From Armatimonadota bacterium (lineage in GTDB: Bacteria; Armatimonadota; SYMT01): a stretch of DNA of 64,000 bases. This document shows, one piece after another, positions 39,905-48,618 of this stretch. The stretch lies in NCBI GenBank assembly GCA_041690135.1, contig JAWLHY010000005.1, positions 160,001 through 224,000 on the forward strand, read 5' to 3'. Each line of letters starts with the position of its first letter. Position 1 is the stretch's first letter. The translations under genes were made by a program, and so were the position numbers. The notes beneath the pieces were generated by a model, which searched no databases, had not been told where the DNA came from, and worked only from the letters and a program-made list of their open reading frames with translations.

Positions 39905-40275
39905 ACCGTGTCCGGATCGATTTCCCGGGAAGCGATGACGTGCAACTCGCCTTCGCCGTCCACGGCGCGGAAAAAGCAGCTGCGGTAGCCTTCGTGGCAG
40001 GCCACTCCCTCTTGCCGCACGAGGATCAGGAGGCAGTCCTTATCGCAGTCGGTGCGGATTTCCACCACGTGCTGGAAGTGACCGGAAGTTTCGCCCTTGA
40101 TCCAGTACTTCTGGCGGCTCCGGCTCCAGTAGGTGACCCGGCGCGTCTCGAGGGTGCGGTCCACCGCCGCCTGGTTCATGTAGCCGACCATCAGGACTTC
40201 GTTGTTGTCCGCATCCTGGATCACGGCGGGCAGCAGCCCGTTGGCATCATACTTGAGGGTTTCCGAAAAGCTCAT
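39892..40275 (-). CDS. hisI: Phosphoribosyl-AMP cyclohydrolase
   Basis: YWSRSR..WIKGETSG, DCDKD, ACHEGYRSCF. Confidence 0.95.
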   Translation of the reverse strand: MSFSETLKYDANGLLPAVIQDADNNEVLMVGYMNQAAVDRTLETRRVTYWSRSRQKYWIKGETSGHFQHVVEIRTDCDKDCLLILVRQEGVACHEGYRSCFFRAVDGEGELHVIASREIDPDTVYSS

Positions 40276-40289
40276 CGAGGTACTACTCC

Positions 40290-41081
40290 CTACTCGACAA
40301 CGTGTGTTGGTTGGTGCTGGGGGTCCCACCGGACGGGGACCCCACGCTCATACAGGTAGCGCTTCATTTCCCCGATCGAGTGGATGTTGTAATGGACGAG
40401 GGAGGCCACGAGGGCTGCTTCCGCCTTGCCTTCGGTGACCCCTTCGTGGATGTGTTCCAGTGCGCCGGCTCCCCCGGAGGCAATTACGGGAATCGGCACG
40501 GCTTCGGCGATCGCGCGGGTCACCGGCAGATCGTAACCGGCCTGGGTCCCGTCGGCGTCCATACTGGTGAGCAGGATCTCGCCCGCTCCCCTTCGGTAGA
40601 CCTCTTCAGCCCACCGCACGGCATCCATCCCCGTGGGGGTTCTCCCGCCGTGGATGTATACTTCGTACGACCCGTCCTCGCGCCGCTTGGCATCGATGGC
40701 AACCACCACGCACTGGGACCCGAACCGGTCCGCGCCCGTGGTGATCAGGTCGGGGTTCTGCACGGCGCTCGTATTGATGAAGATCTTGTCCGCGCCCGTT
40801 TTGAGGATCTCGCGCATGTCCTCTACTGTCCGAATACCTCCGCCCACGGTGAAGGGGATAAAGACCTCCTCGGCCACGCGGCGGGCCACGTCCAGCATGA
40901 TGGACCGCTTTTCGTGCGAGGCCGTGATATCGAGGAAGACGATCTCGTCCGCCCCTTCCGCGTCGTAGAGGCGGGCGAGGTCCACCGGGTCGCCGGCGTC
41001 ACGCGGGTTGAGGAACCGGACGCATTTGACAACGCGGCCCTCCTTGATGTCCAGGGCGGGGATGATGCGCTTCGCAACCAT
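40290..41081 (-). CDS. hisF: Imidazole glycerol phosphate synthase cyclase subunit
   Basis: [28 protein letters not shown]. Confidence 0.97.
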   Translation of the reverse strand: MVAKRIIPALDIKEGRVVKCVRFLNPRDAGDPVDLARLYDAEGADEIVFLDITASHEKRSIMLDVARRVAEEVFIPFTVGGGIRTVEDMREILKTGADKIFINTSAVQNPDLITTGADRFGSQCVVVAIDAKRREDGSYEVYIHGGRTPTGMDAVRWAEEVYRRGAGEILLTSMDADGTQAGYDLPVTRAIAEAVPIPVIASGGAGALEHIHEGVTEGKAEAALVASLVHYNIHSIGEMKRYLYERGVPVRWDPQHQPTHVVE

Positions 41082-41090
41082 GATGCCGGC

Positions 41091-41828
41091 CTAATTCCTT
41101 CCCTGCAGGGCCGTCAGGGCCTCGGGCAGGCGTACCGCGCCCGTGTAGAGGGCCTTCCCGACGATGACGCCCTCCACTCCCGCCGCTTCCAACTCCGCCA
41201 CCCGTGCGATATCAGCGACACTCCCCACGCCACCCGAGGCGATGACTGGAATACCCGCGGTTTCGGCCAGCCGACGGGTGCTCTCCACGCTGGGACCCGT
41301 TCCGGTTCCGTCGGTAGCGATGTCCGTGAAGATGATGCGGCGCGCACCCGCGGCCTTCATTTCGGAAGCCAGGTCGGCAGCCGTCCATTCCGTCGTCTCC
41401 CGCCAGCCTGCGGTCGCGACTTTGCCGTCGCGGGCGTCCAGCCCCAGGATGAGGCTCTCGCCAAACTCACGGAAGAGATCGCTCGCGGTCTCCGGGTTTG
41501 CCGCCGCCGCCGTACCCACGATGGCTCGACTAATGCCGGCCTCCAGTACACGCTGCACGGCTTCCCGGTTCCGTACGCCACCACCCATCTGCACCGGTAT
41601 CCGGAGGGTGCGAGCGATGCGGGCGATAATCTCCAGGTTGACGGGTTCCCCGCTACGCGCGGCATCCAGGTCGACCACGTGAAGCCGCGTGGCGCCCTCC
41701 CCTTCCCAGCGGAGCGCCATCTCCACCGGGTCCTCGCCGAAGACCGTCTCCTGGGCATAGTCTCCCTGGTAGAGGCGGACGCACTTGCCGCCCCGGATAT
41801 CGACGGCCGGGATGATTTCGAACGACAT
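41091..41828 (-). CDS. hisA: ProFAR isomerase
   Basis: IIPAVDIRGGKCVRLYQG, LHVVDLD, FTDIATDG. Confidence 0.96.
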   Translation of the reverse strand: MSFEIIPAVDIRGGKCVRLYQGDYAQETVFGEDPVEMALRWEGEGATRLHVVDLDAARSGEPVNLEIIARIARTLRIPVQMGGGVRNREAVQRVLEAGISRAIVGTAAAANPETASDLFREFGESLILGLDARDGKVATAGWRETTEWTAADLASEMKAAGARRIIFTDIATDGTGTGPSVESTRRLAETAGIPVIASGGVGSVADIARVAELEAAGVEGVIVGKALYTGAVRLPEALTALQGRN

Positions 41829-41840
41829 CAGCTTATCCTT

Positions 41841-42467
41841 TTACAGCCTGCAAAAGTTGTCGAGAATGCGCAGTCCGGCCGCCCCGCTCTTCTCCGGGTG
41901 GAACTGGGTGGCGAACAGGTTGTCGCGGCTCAGGGCGGCGCAGAATTCCAGTCCGTGGTGGCAGGTAGCGGCCACTACCTGTGGAGCTTCAGGCCGGCAG
42001 TAGTAGCTGTGGACGAAGTACACCCGCACCCCGTCGTCCAGCCCGCGGAACAGCGGGTGGTCGCCAACCGGGTGAAGCTCATTCCAGCCCATGTGCGGAA
42101 TCTTCAATTCCGGATTGCCGTCGAAATCGAAACGAACCACCCGCCCTGGGACCAGGTCGAGGCCCTGGTGGATACCGAGTTCCTCACTCTCCGAAAGCAG
42201 TAACTGCATGCCGAGGCAGATGCCCAGAAAGGGGCGACCCGTCTCCGCGAAAGCACGCACGGCGTCCGCAAGAGTGCCTTCCCCTGCCTCTCCGTGGGAA
42301 AGGTGGTCCATCGCGGCGCCGAAGGCCCCCACTCCAGGCAGGATCAAACGGTCCGCCCCGCGGATGATCGCCGGGTCGGAAGTGATCTCCGCCGGATGCC
42401 CCAGCTTTTCCAGGGCCTTCTGCACGCTGCGCAGGTTGCCCATCCCATAATCTACAATGCCGATCAT
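41841..42467 (-). CDS. hisH: Imidazole glycerol phosphate synthase glutaminase subunit
   Basis: DYGMGNLRSV, GICLGMQ, QFHPEKS. Confidence 0.96.
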   Translation of the reverse strand: MIGIVDYGMGNLRSVQKALEKLGHPAEITSDPAIIRGADRLILPGVGAFGAAMDHLSHGEAGEGTLADAVRAFAETGRPFLGICLGMQLLLSESEELGIHQGLDLVPGRVVRFDFDGNPELKIPHMGWNELHPVGDHPLFRGLDDGVRVYFVHSYYCRPEAPQVVAATCHHGLEFCAALSRDNLFATQFHPEKSGAAGLRILDNFCRL

Positions 42468-42508
42468 CAGGGGATCTCTTAGCTTTGTCGCAGGAAGGGC
42501 TGACACAC

Positions 42509-42545
42509 GAAAACGCCGCGGCCCTTCCCAGGATGTCCGCGGCGT
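42509..42545 (-). terminator. Attenuator terminator of the his leader
   Basis: ACGCCGCGG-loop-CCGCGGCGT followed by TTT on the minus strand. Confidence 0.75.
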
Positions 42546-42591
42546 CTCGGAAATGGATCAAGGCTCATCGGCCAGACACGCGCGCGGGCAC

Positions 42592-42645
42592 TCACCGATG
42601 ATGGTGGTGTCCGGAGGCGTGATGGAACTGGAACCGAGAGAGCAT
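42592..42645 (-). CDS. hisL: Histidine operon leader peptide MLSRFQFHHASGHHHHR
   Basis: 17-codon ORF with 6 His codons immediately upstream of the terminator and hisH. Confidence 0.88.
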   Translation of the reverse strand: MLSRFQFHHASGHHHHR

Positions 42646-42652
42646 CAGCAGG

Positions 42653-42661
42653 GTTATAACA
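42653..42661 (-). promoter_or_regulatory. Extended -10 promoter (TGtTATAAC) for a leaderless hisL transcript
   Basis: TATAAC lies 7 nt upstream of the hisL ATG; no SD sequence. Confidence 0.65.
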
Positions 42662-42677
42662 CTGCGCGGGACGGTCG

Positions 42678-43487
42678 TCAAGTCAGCCGGTCTGCGGCCC
42701 TAGAAGCACGGTGCCATCGCAGCGTCTCGGAGAGCTTCTCCGCGTCCTCGCGCGCGGCGCGTTGGAACATAGCGAGGTCGGGTCCCCAGATCATCAGGCG
42801 AGCGCCCTCATCGAGACAGCGGCGCGCATAATCGGCTCCGGCAGGCATAATACCGGCAATCTTACCCGCCATCCGGGTGGCGCGGAAGGTGCGCCGGATC
42901 GCCTCCCACACAGCGGGATGCTCGAACTCCCAGGGAACCCCCAGGGACTGCGTCAGGTCGCCGGGACCCACCAGCAGGCAATCCACTCCGGGCACGGCGG
43001 CAATGTCCGCGGCATGCTCCACGCCGCGCGCCGTTTCGATCTGGAGAATGATCAGCAGATTTTCATTGCTTGAGGCGAAGTGCTGGGCGGGAAGAACGCC
43101 GCAGTAATCCGAGCAGTAGCCCATGTAGTAGACACCCCGCTTCCCCACCGGAGCGTACCGCGCCGCTTCCACCACCTCCCGGGCCTCTTCCACGCTTTCC
43201 ACGGCGGGCACCATGATCCCGCGCACCCCGGTCTCCAGGACGGAGAGGATGTCGGCCTTGGTGGGGCCGGCGACGCGGGTCAGGGGTACGATCCCATGGG
43301 CGTCGGCGGCCCGGACGAGCGCCTCCAACTCGCGGAGAGTCATCCCCGTGTGCTCCAGGTCTGCCAGCACGTAGTCGTAGCCGGCCTCGGCGGTGATGCC
43401 GACGACGTGAGGATCGGACGAGAGCATGATCAGGCCGACGGCGACGTCGTCCCGCAGGAGCTTTTGCTTGAGGAGGTTAGCGCGCAT
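42678..43487 (-). CDS. HpcH/HpaI-family aldolase
   Basis: DLEH, APVGKRG, QIET, VGPGDL. Confidence 0.9.
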   Translation of the reverse strand: MRANLLKQKLLRDDVAVGLIMLSSDPHVVGITAEAGYDYVLADLEHTGMTLRELEALVRAADAHGIVPLTRVAGPTKADILSVLETGVRGIMVPAVESVEEAREVVEAARYAPVGKRGVYYMGYCSDYCGVLPAQHFASSNENLLIILQIETARGVEHAADIAAVPGVDCLLVGPGDLTQSLGVPWEFEHPAVWEAIRRTFRATRMAGKIAGIMPAGADYARRCLDEGARLMIWGPDLAMFQRAAREDAEKLSETLRWHRASRAADRLT

Positions 43488-43516
43488 GGTGGAAACGGAG
43501 CCGGGTAGAAAAGAGG

Positions 43517-43550
43517 AAACCGGACGTGATTAACGTATCACGTCCGGTTT
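43517..43550 (-). terminator. Intrinsic terminator
   Basis: 14-bp inverted repeat AAACCGGACGTGAT/ATCACGTCCGGTTT followed by a pyrimidine/T tract. Confidence 0.7.
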
Positions 43551-43582
43551 GCTTGTCGCCGAGAGAAATCCGGAGGCGATGC

Positions 43583-44086
43583 TTACTTCCGCGCGAGGGC
43601 CTGGGTGACGGCGGCGTCGAGCTGCCTGGCATCCGCCCCCTCGATCACAGCGGCCACTTTCCCGTCTTTCCCGATCACAATATTCACCGGATAGCTCTGG
43701 ACGCCGAACCGGTCGAAGACCACGCTCTTGGCATCGTGAATGATCGGAAAGGTCGCCTTGACTTCCTTGCCGAACGCCGCGGCCTCTTCCAGTTTCTCGT
43801 CCGCGCTTACCGAGACGACGGTGAAGCCCTTCTTCCCGTACTTGGCCTGCAGTTTTTGAAGATGAGGATACTCCTCATGGCAGGGCCCTCAGTAGTAGCT
43901 GAAGAAGTTCATCAGCACGACCTTGCCTTTGTACTGGCCGGAACTGACGGTCTTCCCCTGCACCGACTTCCCGCTCCACGCGGGGGCGGCTTTGCCCTTC
44001 GGCACGATATCCGCGACCGCGGCCCCCACCCCCACCGTCATCGCGACGGCGACGGCGGCGCCCAGGCGCGCCCAACCCATGCTCAT
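43583..44086 (-). CDS. Exported TlpA/ResA-like thioredoxin-fold selenoprotein (UxxC), 167 aa
   Basis: KGKVVLMNFFSYY-TGA-GPCHEEYPHL...FPIIHD...YP continues in frame to TAA at 43583; TGA at 43889-43891. Confidence 0.88.
43862..43878 (-). promoter_or_regulatory. Bacterial SECIS-like hairpin
   Basis: AUGAGGA-GUA-UCCUCAU begins 10 nt after the UGA; loop G at +18. Confidence 0.7.
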
Positions 44087-44280
44087 TCCAACGATCTCCT
44101 ATTTCAATGCCGGGACGGCAATGGTATAGACTGGGGCTATTGTAACCGCCGGCAAACCGGACGTCGACCCGCGGGAGCGGGGATTGTCACTTCTCCGGAG
44201 CCTTAGCGGTAAGACCCCGGTGGAAGGGCCGGGGTGCCGCTTTTCTTGAAATACGTTCCAGCATGGGAGGAGGTCAGCCG

Positions 44281-44979
44281 GTGATTGGAACTGCGATCAA
44301 TGTGGCGACGGTAGTGGTGGGCGGCGTGGCGGGGCTGGCGATCGGGAAACGGCTGCCGCCGGCCATCCGGGAGACCGTGATGCACGTCATCGGATTGGTG
44401 ACGATCGTCCTGGGCGTCTCCATGTTCCTCAAGAGCCAGAACCCGCTGATCCTGCTGGGAAGCCTGGTGCTGGGAGGGGTGACGGGAGAGCTGATACGCA
44501 TCGAAGAGGCGATCAACCGCCTGGGGGCTTACGCGGAAAGAAAGCTCACCGGAAGCACCGAAGGCGGTGACTTCGCGCGCGGCTTCGTTACGACCAGCAT
44601 CCTGTTCTGCGTGGGACCCATGACGCTGCTCGGCTGTCTGAATGACGGTCTGCGCGGCGATTACACGTTGCTGGCGGTGAAGGCGACGCTGGATGGCATC
44701 GGAGCGGTCGCCTTTGCCTCGGCCCTGGGATGGGGAGTGCTGCTATCGGCGGGGACGGTGCTGGTGGTGCAGGGGAGCCTGACACTGGGCGCGCGGGCCC
44801 TGGAGCCGTTGATCCGGGATCCGGGGATGCAGGCGGAGCTGTTCGCGGCGGGCGGCGTGATGATGCTGGCGTTAGGGTTACGGCTGCTGGAGTTGAAGCA
44901 GATCCGGGTGGGGAATCTGCTCCCCGCGCTGCTCTACACTCCGCTCCTCGTGCTTATCGCTAGAGCCTTCGGAGGGTGA
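44281..44979 (+). CDS. DUF554 (YqgA-like) membrane protein
   Basis: GTAIN, GFVTTSILFCVGPM, KATLDG, NLLPAL; GGAGG RBS. Confidence 0.88.
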   Translation: MIGTAINVATVVVGGVAGLAIGKRLPPAIRETVMHVIGLVTIVLGVSMFLKSQNPLILLGSLVLGGVTGELIRIEEAINRLGAYAERKLTGSTEGGDFARGFVTTSILFCVGPMTLLGCLNDGLRGDYTLLAVKATLDGIGAVAFASALGWGVLLSAGTVLVVQGSLTLGARALEPLIRDPGMQAELFAAGGVMMLALGLRLLELKQIRVGNLLPALLYTPLLVLIARAFGG

Positions 44980-44992
44980 TGGTTCTGGCCGG

Positions 44993-45430
44993 TCACCCCA
45001 TCAGCAAGCCGGTGACAATGCCCAGCACGGCGCCCGCGAAAACTTCGAGCGGCGTATGGCCGAGGAGTTCCTTCAGTGCTTCTCGCTCCGCGAAGGCATC
45101 CCGGATGATGGCTAGAAGCAGCAGCTCATTCAGGATGTCCGCATGCTTGCCGGCCTCTCGGCGAAGGGAGACCGCATCGTACATCACGATCAGCGCGAAC
45201 ACGCAGGCGATCGCGAAGGCGGTGGAACCCAGTCCGTCCTGCACCGCCACTCCGGAAGCGAGGCCCGTGACGAAGGCGGAGTGTGAACTGGGGAGCCCTC
45301 CCGTTTCGATCAGGCGTCTCCAGTAAAAGCGCCGCTCCAGGATGGAGAACAGCACCATCTTCAGCGTCTGAGCGATAGCCCAGGCAACAAGTGCGCTGAT
45401 GAGGGGACGGTTGGAGAGGAGGATCTGCAC
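44993..45430 (-). CDS. Divergent PAP2 / DUF212 protein
   Basis: AQTLK, GGLPSSHSA, VMYDA, GHTPLEV. Confidence 0.9.
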   Translation of the reverse strand: MQILLSNRPLISALVAWAIAQTLKMVLFSILERRFYWRRLIETGGLPSSHSAFVTGLASGVAVQDGLGSTAFAIACVFALIVMYDAVSLRREAGKHADILNELLLLAIIRDAFAEREALKELLGHTPLEVFAGAVLGIVTGLLMG

Positions 45431-45601
45431 CAGGAGAGGAAGGAAGGTAAGCCGTCGAAAACACCGGGATTATACTTCCGGGAGCGCGCCCCGTCAACCG
45501 CACGGAGCCTTAACGGACGAAGACACGGATGTTCACGGACGGAGGGGTCTATCGCGCTCCAGTAGGTCGGCCTTGAACGAGGCGAATGGCTGAAGTGTGT
45601 A

Positions 45602-46333
45602 TTACGCGCCGCCAGCCAGCTTCTTGAAAGCTCTGCTGAGCCGCATCCTGGCATCCTCTGCCGCTTCGAGGATAATGCCCTCATCGGCCTCGCGGCCAGC
45701 TTCTTCCGCGTTGGCTCCGGAATATTCGACCGCCAGGGGCAGCGGAATGAGCACATCGGGCAGGAAGAATGCCCGGCTACCGATCCAGCCTGCTACCGTC
45801 TTGTGCTCCAGGCGCGTGGGCGCCGGTTCCGGGCGGTCCAAGTCGAGGCTGCATAACTCGGGCGACGAAACGACGTGATGTTCCCGGCAGGCGAAAGGTC
45901 GGACGGGGTATATCGTGCAGCGGCCTGCATCCAGGAAGGGACAGGGAAGACTGGCCTGCCAGTAGGACTCCTCCAGTTTGCCGCCTGCGTCCCCGTCGAT
46001 GTATCCCGCCGCTTCCTGGAAATGGGTGAGCTGTTGGGCGAGATCGGGAAGGGCAGCTACGGTCTCACGCCAGGCTGCGAGCCGGCCGTGAAATGCCTCC
46101 GCCACCTCCGGGTGAACCCGGAGGTAGGCGGCGATGCCGTGGGCCTCGAGCGGCGATACGACGACCAACTGGTGACAACAGGCAGCGCAGCCTGGTTTAC
46201 AAGTACTGGGCCGCCCTGCTGCCGCGGATTGTTCCAGCCGGACGGCGATCCGGTCATCAGCCTCCGCACGCAGGAGTTCGGCAGTCTCCTCCAGCGTCAG
46301 CGTGCTGCCGAATAGGTCCGGGTGCAAGCGCAA
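45602..46333 (-). CDS. YkgJ-family Cys-cluster (Fe-S/Zn) protein
   Basis: CKPGCAACC and CPFL...CTIYPVRPFACR. Confidence 0.85.
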   Translation of the reverse strand: MRLHPDLFGSTLTLEETAELLRAEADDRIAVRLEQSAAAGRPSTCKPGCAACCHQLVVVSPLEAHGIAAYLRVHPEVAEAFHGRLAAWRETVAALPDLAQQLTHFQEAAGYIDGDAGGKLEESYWQASLPCPFLDAGRCTIYPVRPFACREHHVVSSPELCSLDLDRPEPAPTRLEHKTVAGWIGSRAFFLPDVLIPLPLAVEYSGANAEEAGREADEGIILEAAEDARMRLSRAFKKLAGGA

Positions 46334-46345
46334 CCTCCCAGGAGC

Positions 46346-46879
46346 CTACGGGGTCGTTTCGTAAAGAGCTTCCAGCCAGTAGTAGCGGCCGCGGGCTTCG
46401 ATGAGACGGTCGAGCCATTCCCGGAAGTTTTCCGCAATGGGTCGCCACTCCTGCGGTTTCTCGGCGTGGATGCCGTCCAGGATGCGTCCGGTCCGCAAGT
46501 CGAAGACCAGGAAGTCTCCGGACCCGTGCACGCGCGCAAAGACCACATAGGGCTCAAGAGCATGGCCCCCGTAGAACTCGGCCTCTTCCTGTTGAAGCTC
46601 CGCAATGAGCTCGGTGGAAGTGACGCCAATTCCGTGAAGCCCGGAGTCGTTGAGGAAGAGATTGGCTCCGTTGGTCGAGCTCCAGAACTCCTTGAACTCG
46701 TCCGGCAGGGTCTTGCCGATCAACGCTTCCGCGGACGCAATCTGGGCGGCGCTGGCGGGAGGGAACAACATGACCTCGTACCAGTCGGAGGCCCCCTCTT
46801 CGGTGACCACCTGTACGCCGCCATTCCGCTGGAGGCGACGGAGACGTTCTATCTGAAGGTTTAAGGAAACAGCATTCAC
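46346..46879 (-). CDS. SMI1/KNR4 (SUKH) family protein
   Basis: PASAAQIASAE..LPDEFKEFW..TNG, GDFLVFD, IAENFREWL. Confidence 0.82.
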   Translation of the reverse strand: MNAVSLNLQIERLRRLQRNGGVQVVTEEGASDWYEVMLFPPASAAQIASAEALIGKTLPDEFKEFWSSTNGANLFLNDSGLHGIGVTSTELIAELQQEEAEFYGGHALEPYVVFARVHGSGDFLVFDLRTGRILDGIHAEKPQEWRPIAENFREWLDRLIEARGRYYWLEALYETTP

Positions 46880-46980
46880 CGGTGAACTCCACGGGCTCTG
46901 GCTGGGGATGGGATCACACCTGGACCCCGCAATACGGATCACCGGAGAGTTCCCCATCCTGGCGTCCGGTTCCTGCGGGG

Positions 46981-47529
46981 CTAACGCTTCTCAATACGCG
47001 CCTGGAAGGCATCCCCCTGCTTCCAGTCCCTCTTACCCAGGCCTTTTGTCGGCACCGAGCACTTTTCGGCACGGGCGTAACGGGCCGCGGCGAAGCCGGT
47101 CCGGTTGACCCCATACATGCAGTGCATGTAAACATCGCCGCTCTTGAAGGCGGAGGCTAGCACATCGGGGAGCTTTTTGTCGAGGGCGCTGATGCCCACA
47201 TACCGGAGCCCGTGCTTCTTTGCCATGGCGGCTTCGGCGTCGGGAGAGAGACGTCCCGTTTTGCCGCTCCGGTCGTCGCTGTTGGCCGGCTTGCGGAGGT
47301 CGATGAAGGTGACAGTCTTACCCCGAGCCTTGGCCGAGGACGCGAGAGCTTCCAGCGTGTCCTTGCGAGGCGCGCCACCGCGCCAGAAGCGGTTGCCGTT
47401 CAACTCGCGGACCAGATGGACATTATGCCCGGGCGGCGGGGCCGGCGCAGCTACCGCGAGCGAAGAAGAGAGGAGGAGCGCGGCCGCAAGGCTACGCGCC
47501 CAAACATAAGGGGTGCCAGTACTCTGCAT
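46981..47529 (-). CDS. Secreted Cys-based (PTP/DSP-like) phosphatase
   Basis: Signal peptide, FWRGG, IDLR, HCMYGVNRTG (CX5R). Confidence 0.8.
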   Translation of the reverse strand: MQSTGTPYVWARSLAAALLLSSSLAVAAPAPPPGHNVHLVRELNGNRFWRGGAPRKDTLEALASSAKARGKTVTFIDLRKPANSDDRSGKTGRLSPDAEAAMAKKHGLRYVGISALDKKLPDVLASAFKSGDVYMHCMYGVNRTGFAAARYARAEKCSVPTKGLGKRDWKQGDAFQARIEKR

Positions 47530-47596
47530 GGATACGAATGCGAACGGTGGAGGGCGTATCGCGAGCCAATCCCGACAGACCGCCCTCCCCGACAGG

Positions 47597-48448
47597 TTAA
47601 CGAAGCGCCGCGGGCCGATCGTCGTCGTCTTCGCCGAGGAGTTTCTTCAGGCGAGCGATCTCCTCCTGCTCCTGCCGCTTCCGCAGTGGGTTGAAACCGC
47701 GAACCTTCTCCCGGTCATCGGGCGGAATGCGCAGGTAAGACTGCGGTTCCGGGCGGCGCTGCGGGCGGCTGAGGGCAAAGCCAACGTCGAGGCGGGGCAT
47801 CTTGCGTACGTAGATATACGCAGCCGCAGACCCGGCGAGCGCAAAGATTCCAATAATTGGGCCGAGCGGACCGTAGCTCAGGCCGAAGTAGAAGTAGACC
47901 AGCGCCACCGAAATCGCCGCCAGCATCTTCATCTTCAGCGGCAGGATTCCCCAGAAGCGGATCTCCTGTTCCGGGTCCATGGCTGCCCACGCCACCAGCA
48001 GCGCCGTGGTGGGAAGCCAGAGGCCCGCCAGCCGGAACGCCACATCAAAGATCAACGCCGCCAGGATGAAGCCCAGAACGGTGATGAAGGTAAACGAGGC
48101 AAGCAGGACGGCGAAGTTTCGCGATCCCCACGCGCGCTCCAACACTCCCCCGCACATATAGAACCAATACCCCCCGAACAGGAGGGCGACCGGGTCGGTG
48201 ATGACGATCGGGTAGGTTAACCAGGCCCAGGGTTGCAGCACCCAGCCCGGGTCGCTACGGCCTGCAATAGTGAACCGCAGCCACTCAACCAGCGGTCCCC
48301 GCAGCGGAAACGCCAGGAAGTAGAGCAGGAAGAAGGCGGCGCCGGCGATGAGGACGCCGCGCACGACCGGGATGCACTGGAGACTGAAGGGCAGCCAACC
48401 GCTGCCACCGCCTCCGCCTCAACCGCCGCCGGACATCGTTCTACGCAT
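47597..48448 (-). CDS. Rhomboid-like, probably non-catalytic membrane protein; likely N-terminus spans an in-frame TGA at 48419-48421
   Basis: PWAWLTY, LERAWG, AWAAMDPEQEI..LPLKMK; GxSG replaced by GLWL; frame continues upstream through the TGA to ATG 48448 with an AAAGG RBS. Confidence 0.65.
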
Positions 48449-48618
48449 TCTCGCAGCCTTTCTCGGGAGAGGGTCGCCCCGATCGCATACAGTATAGCCA
48501 TCCTGTCCCGGGCCGGCCAGTGGAAGCAAGCGGCAGGAATCCGGGCGCGGGATCAGTAATTGCCCCCTGACAACCGGTTCTACCCCAGATCGACCCGACC
48601 GAACATGGAAACTCCTCA

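Noticed and set aside
40302-42203. Long antisense ORFs (also 298-1764, 27850-29832, 50897-52975 and others)
   Set aside because: Shadow ORFs opposite well-supported genes, expected in high-GC DNA
46981-47529. Phosphatase as the Wzb partner of the Wzc protein
   Set aside because: It has a signal peptide, is not LMW-PTP type, and lies far from the locus
43583-48448. Alternative genetic code (TGA = Gly or Trp) to explain the two in-frame TGAs
   Set aside because: Many well-defined genes here end at TGA at the expected length, so TGA is a normal stop
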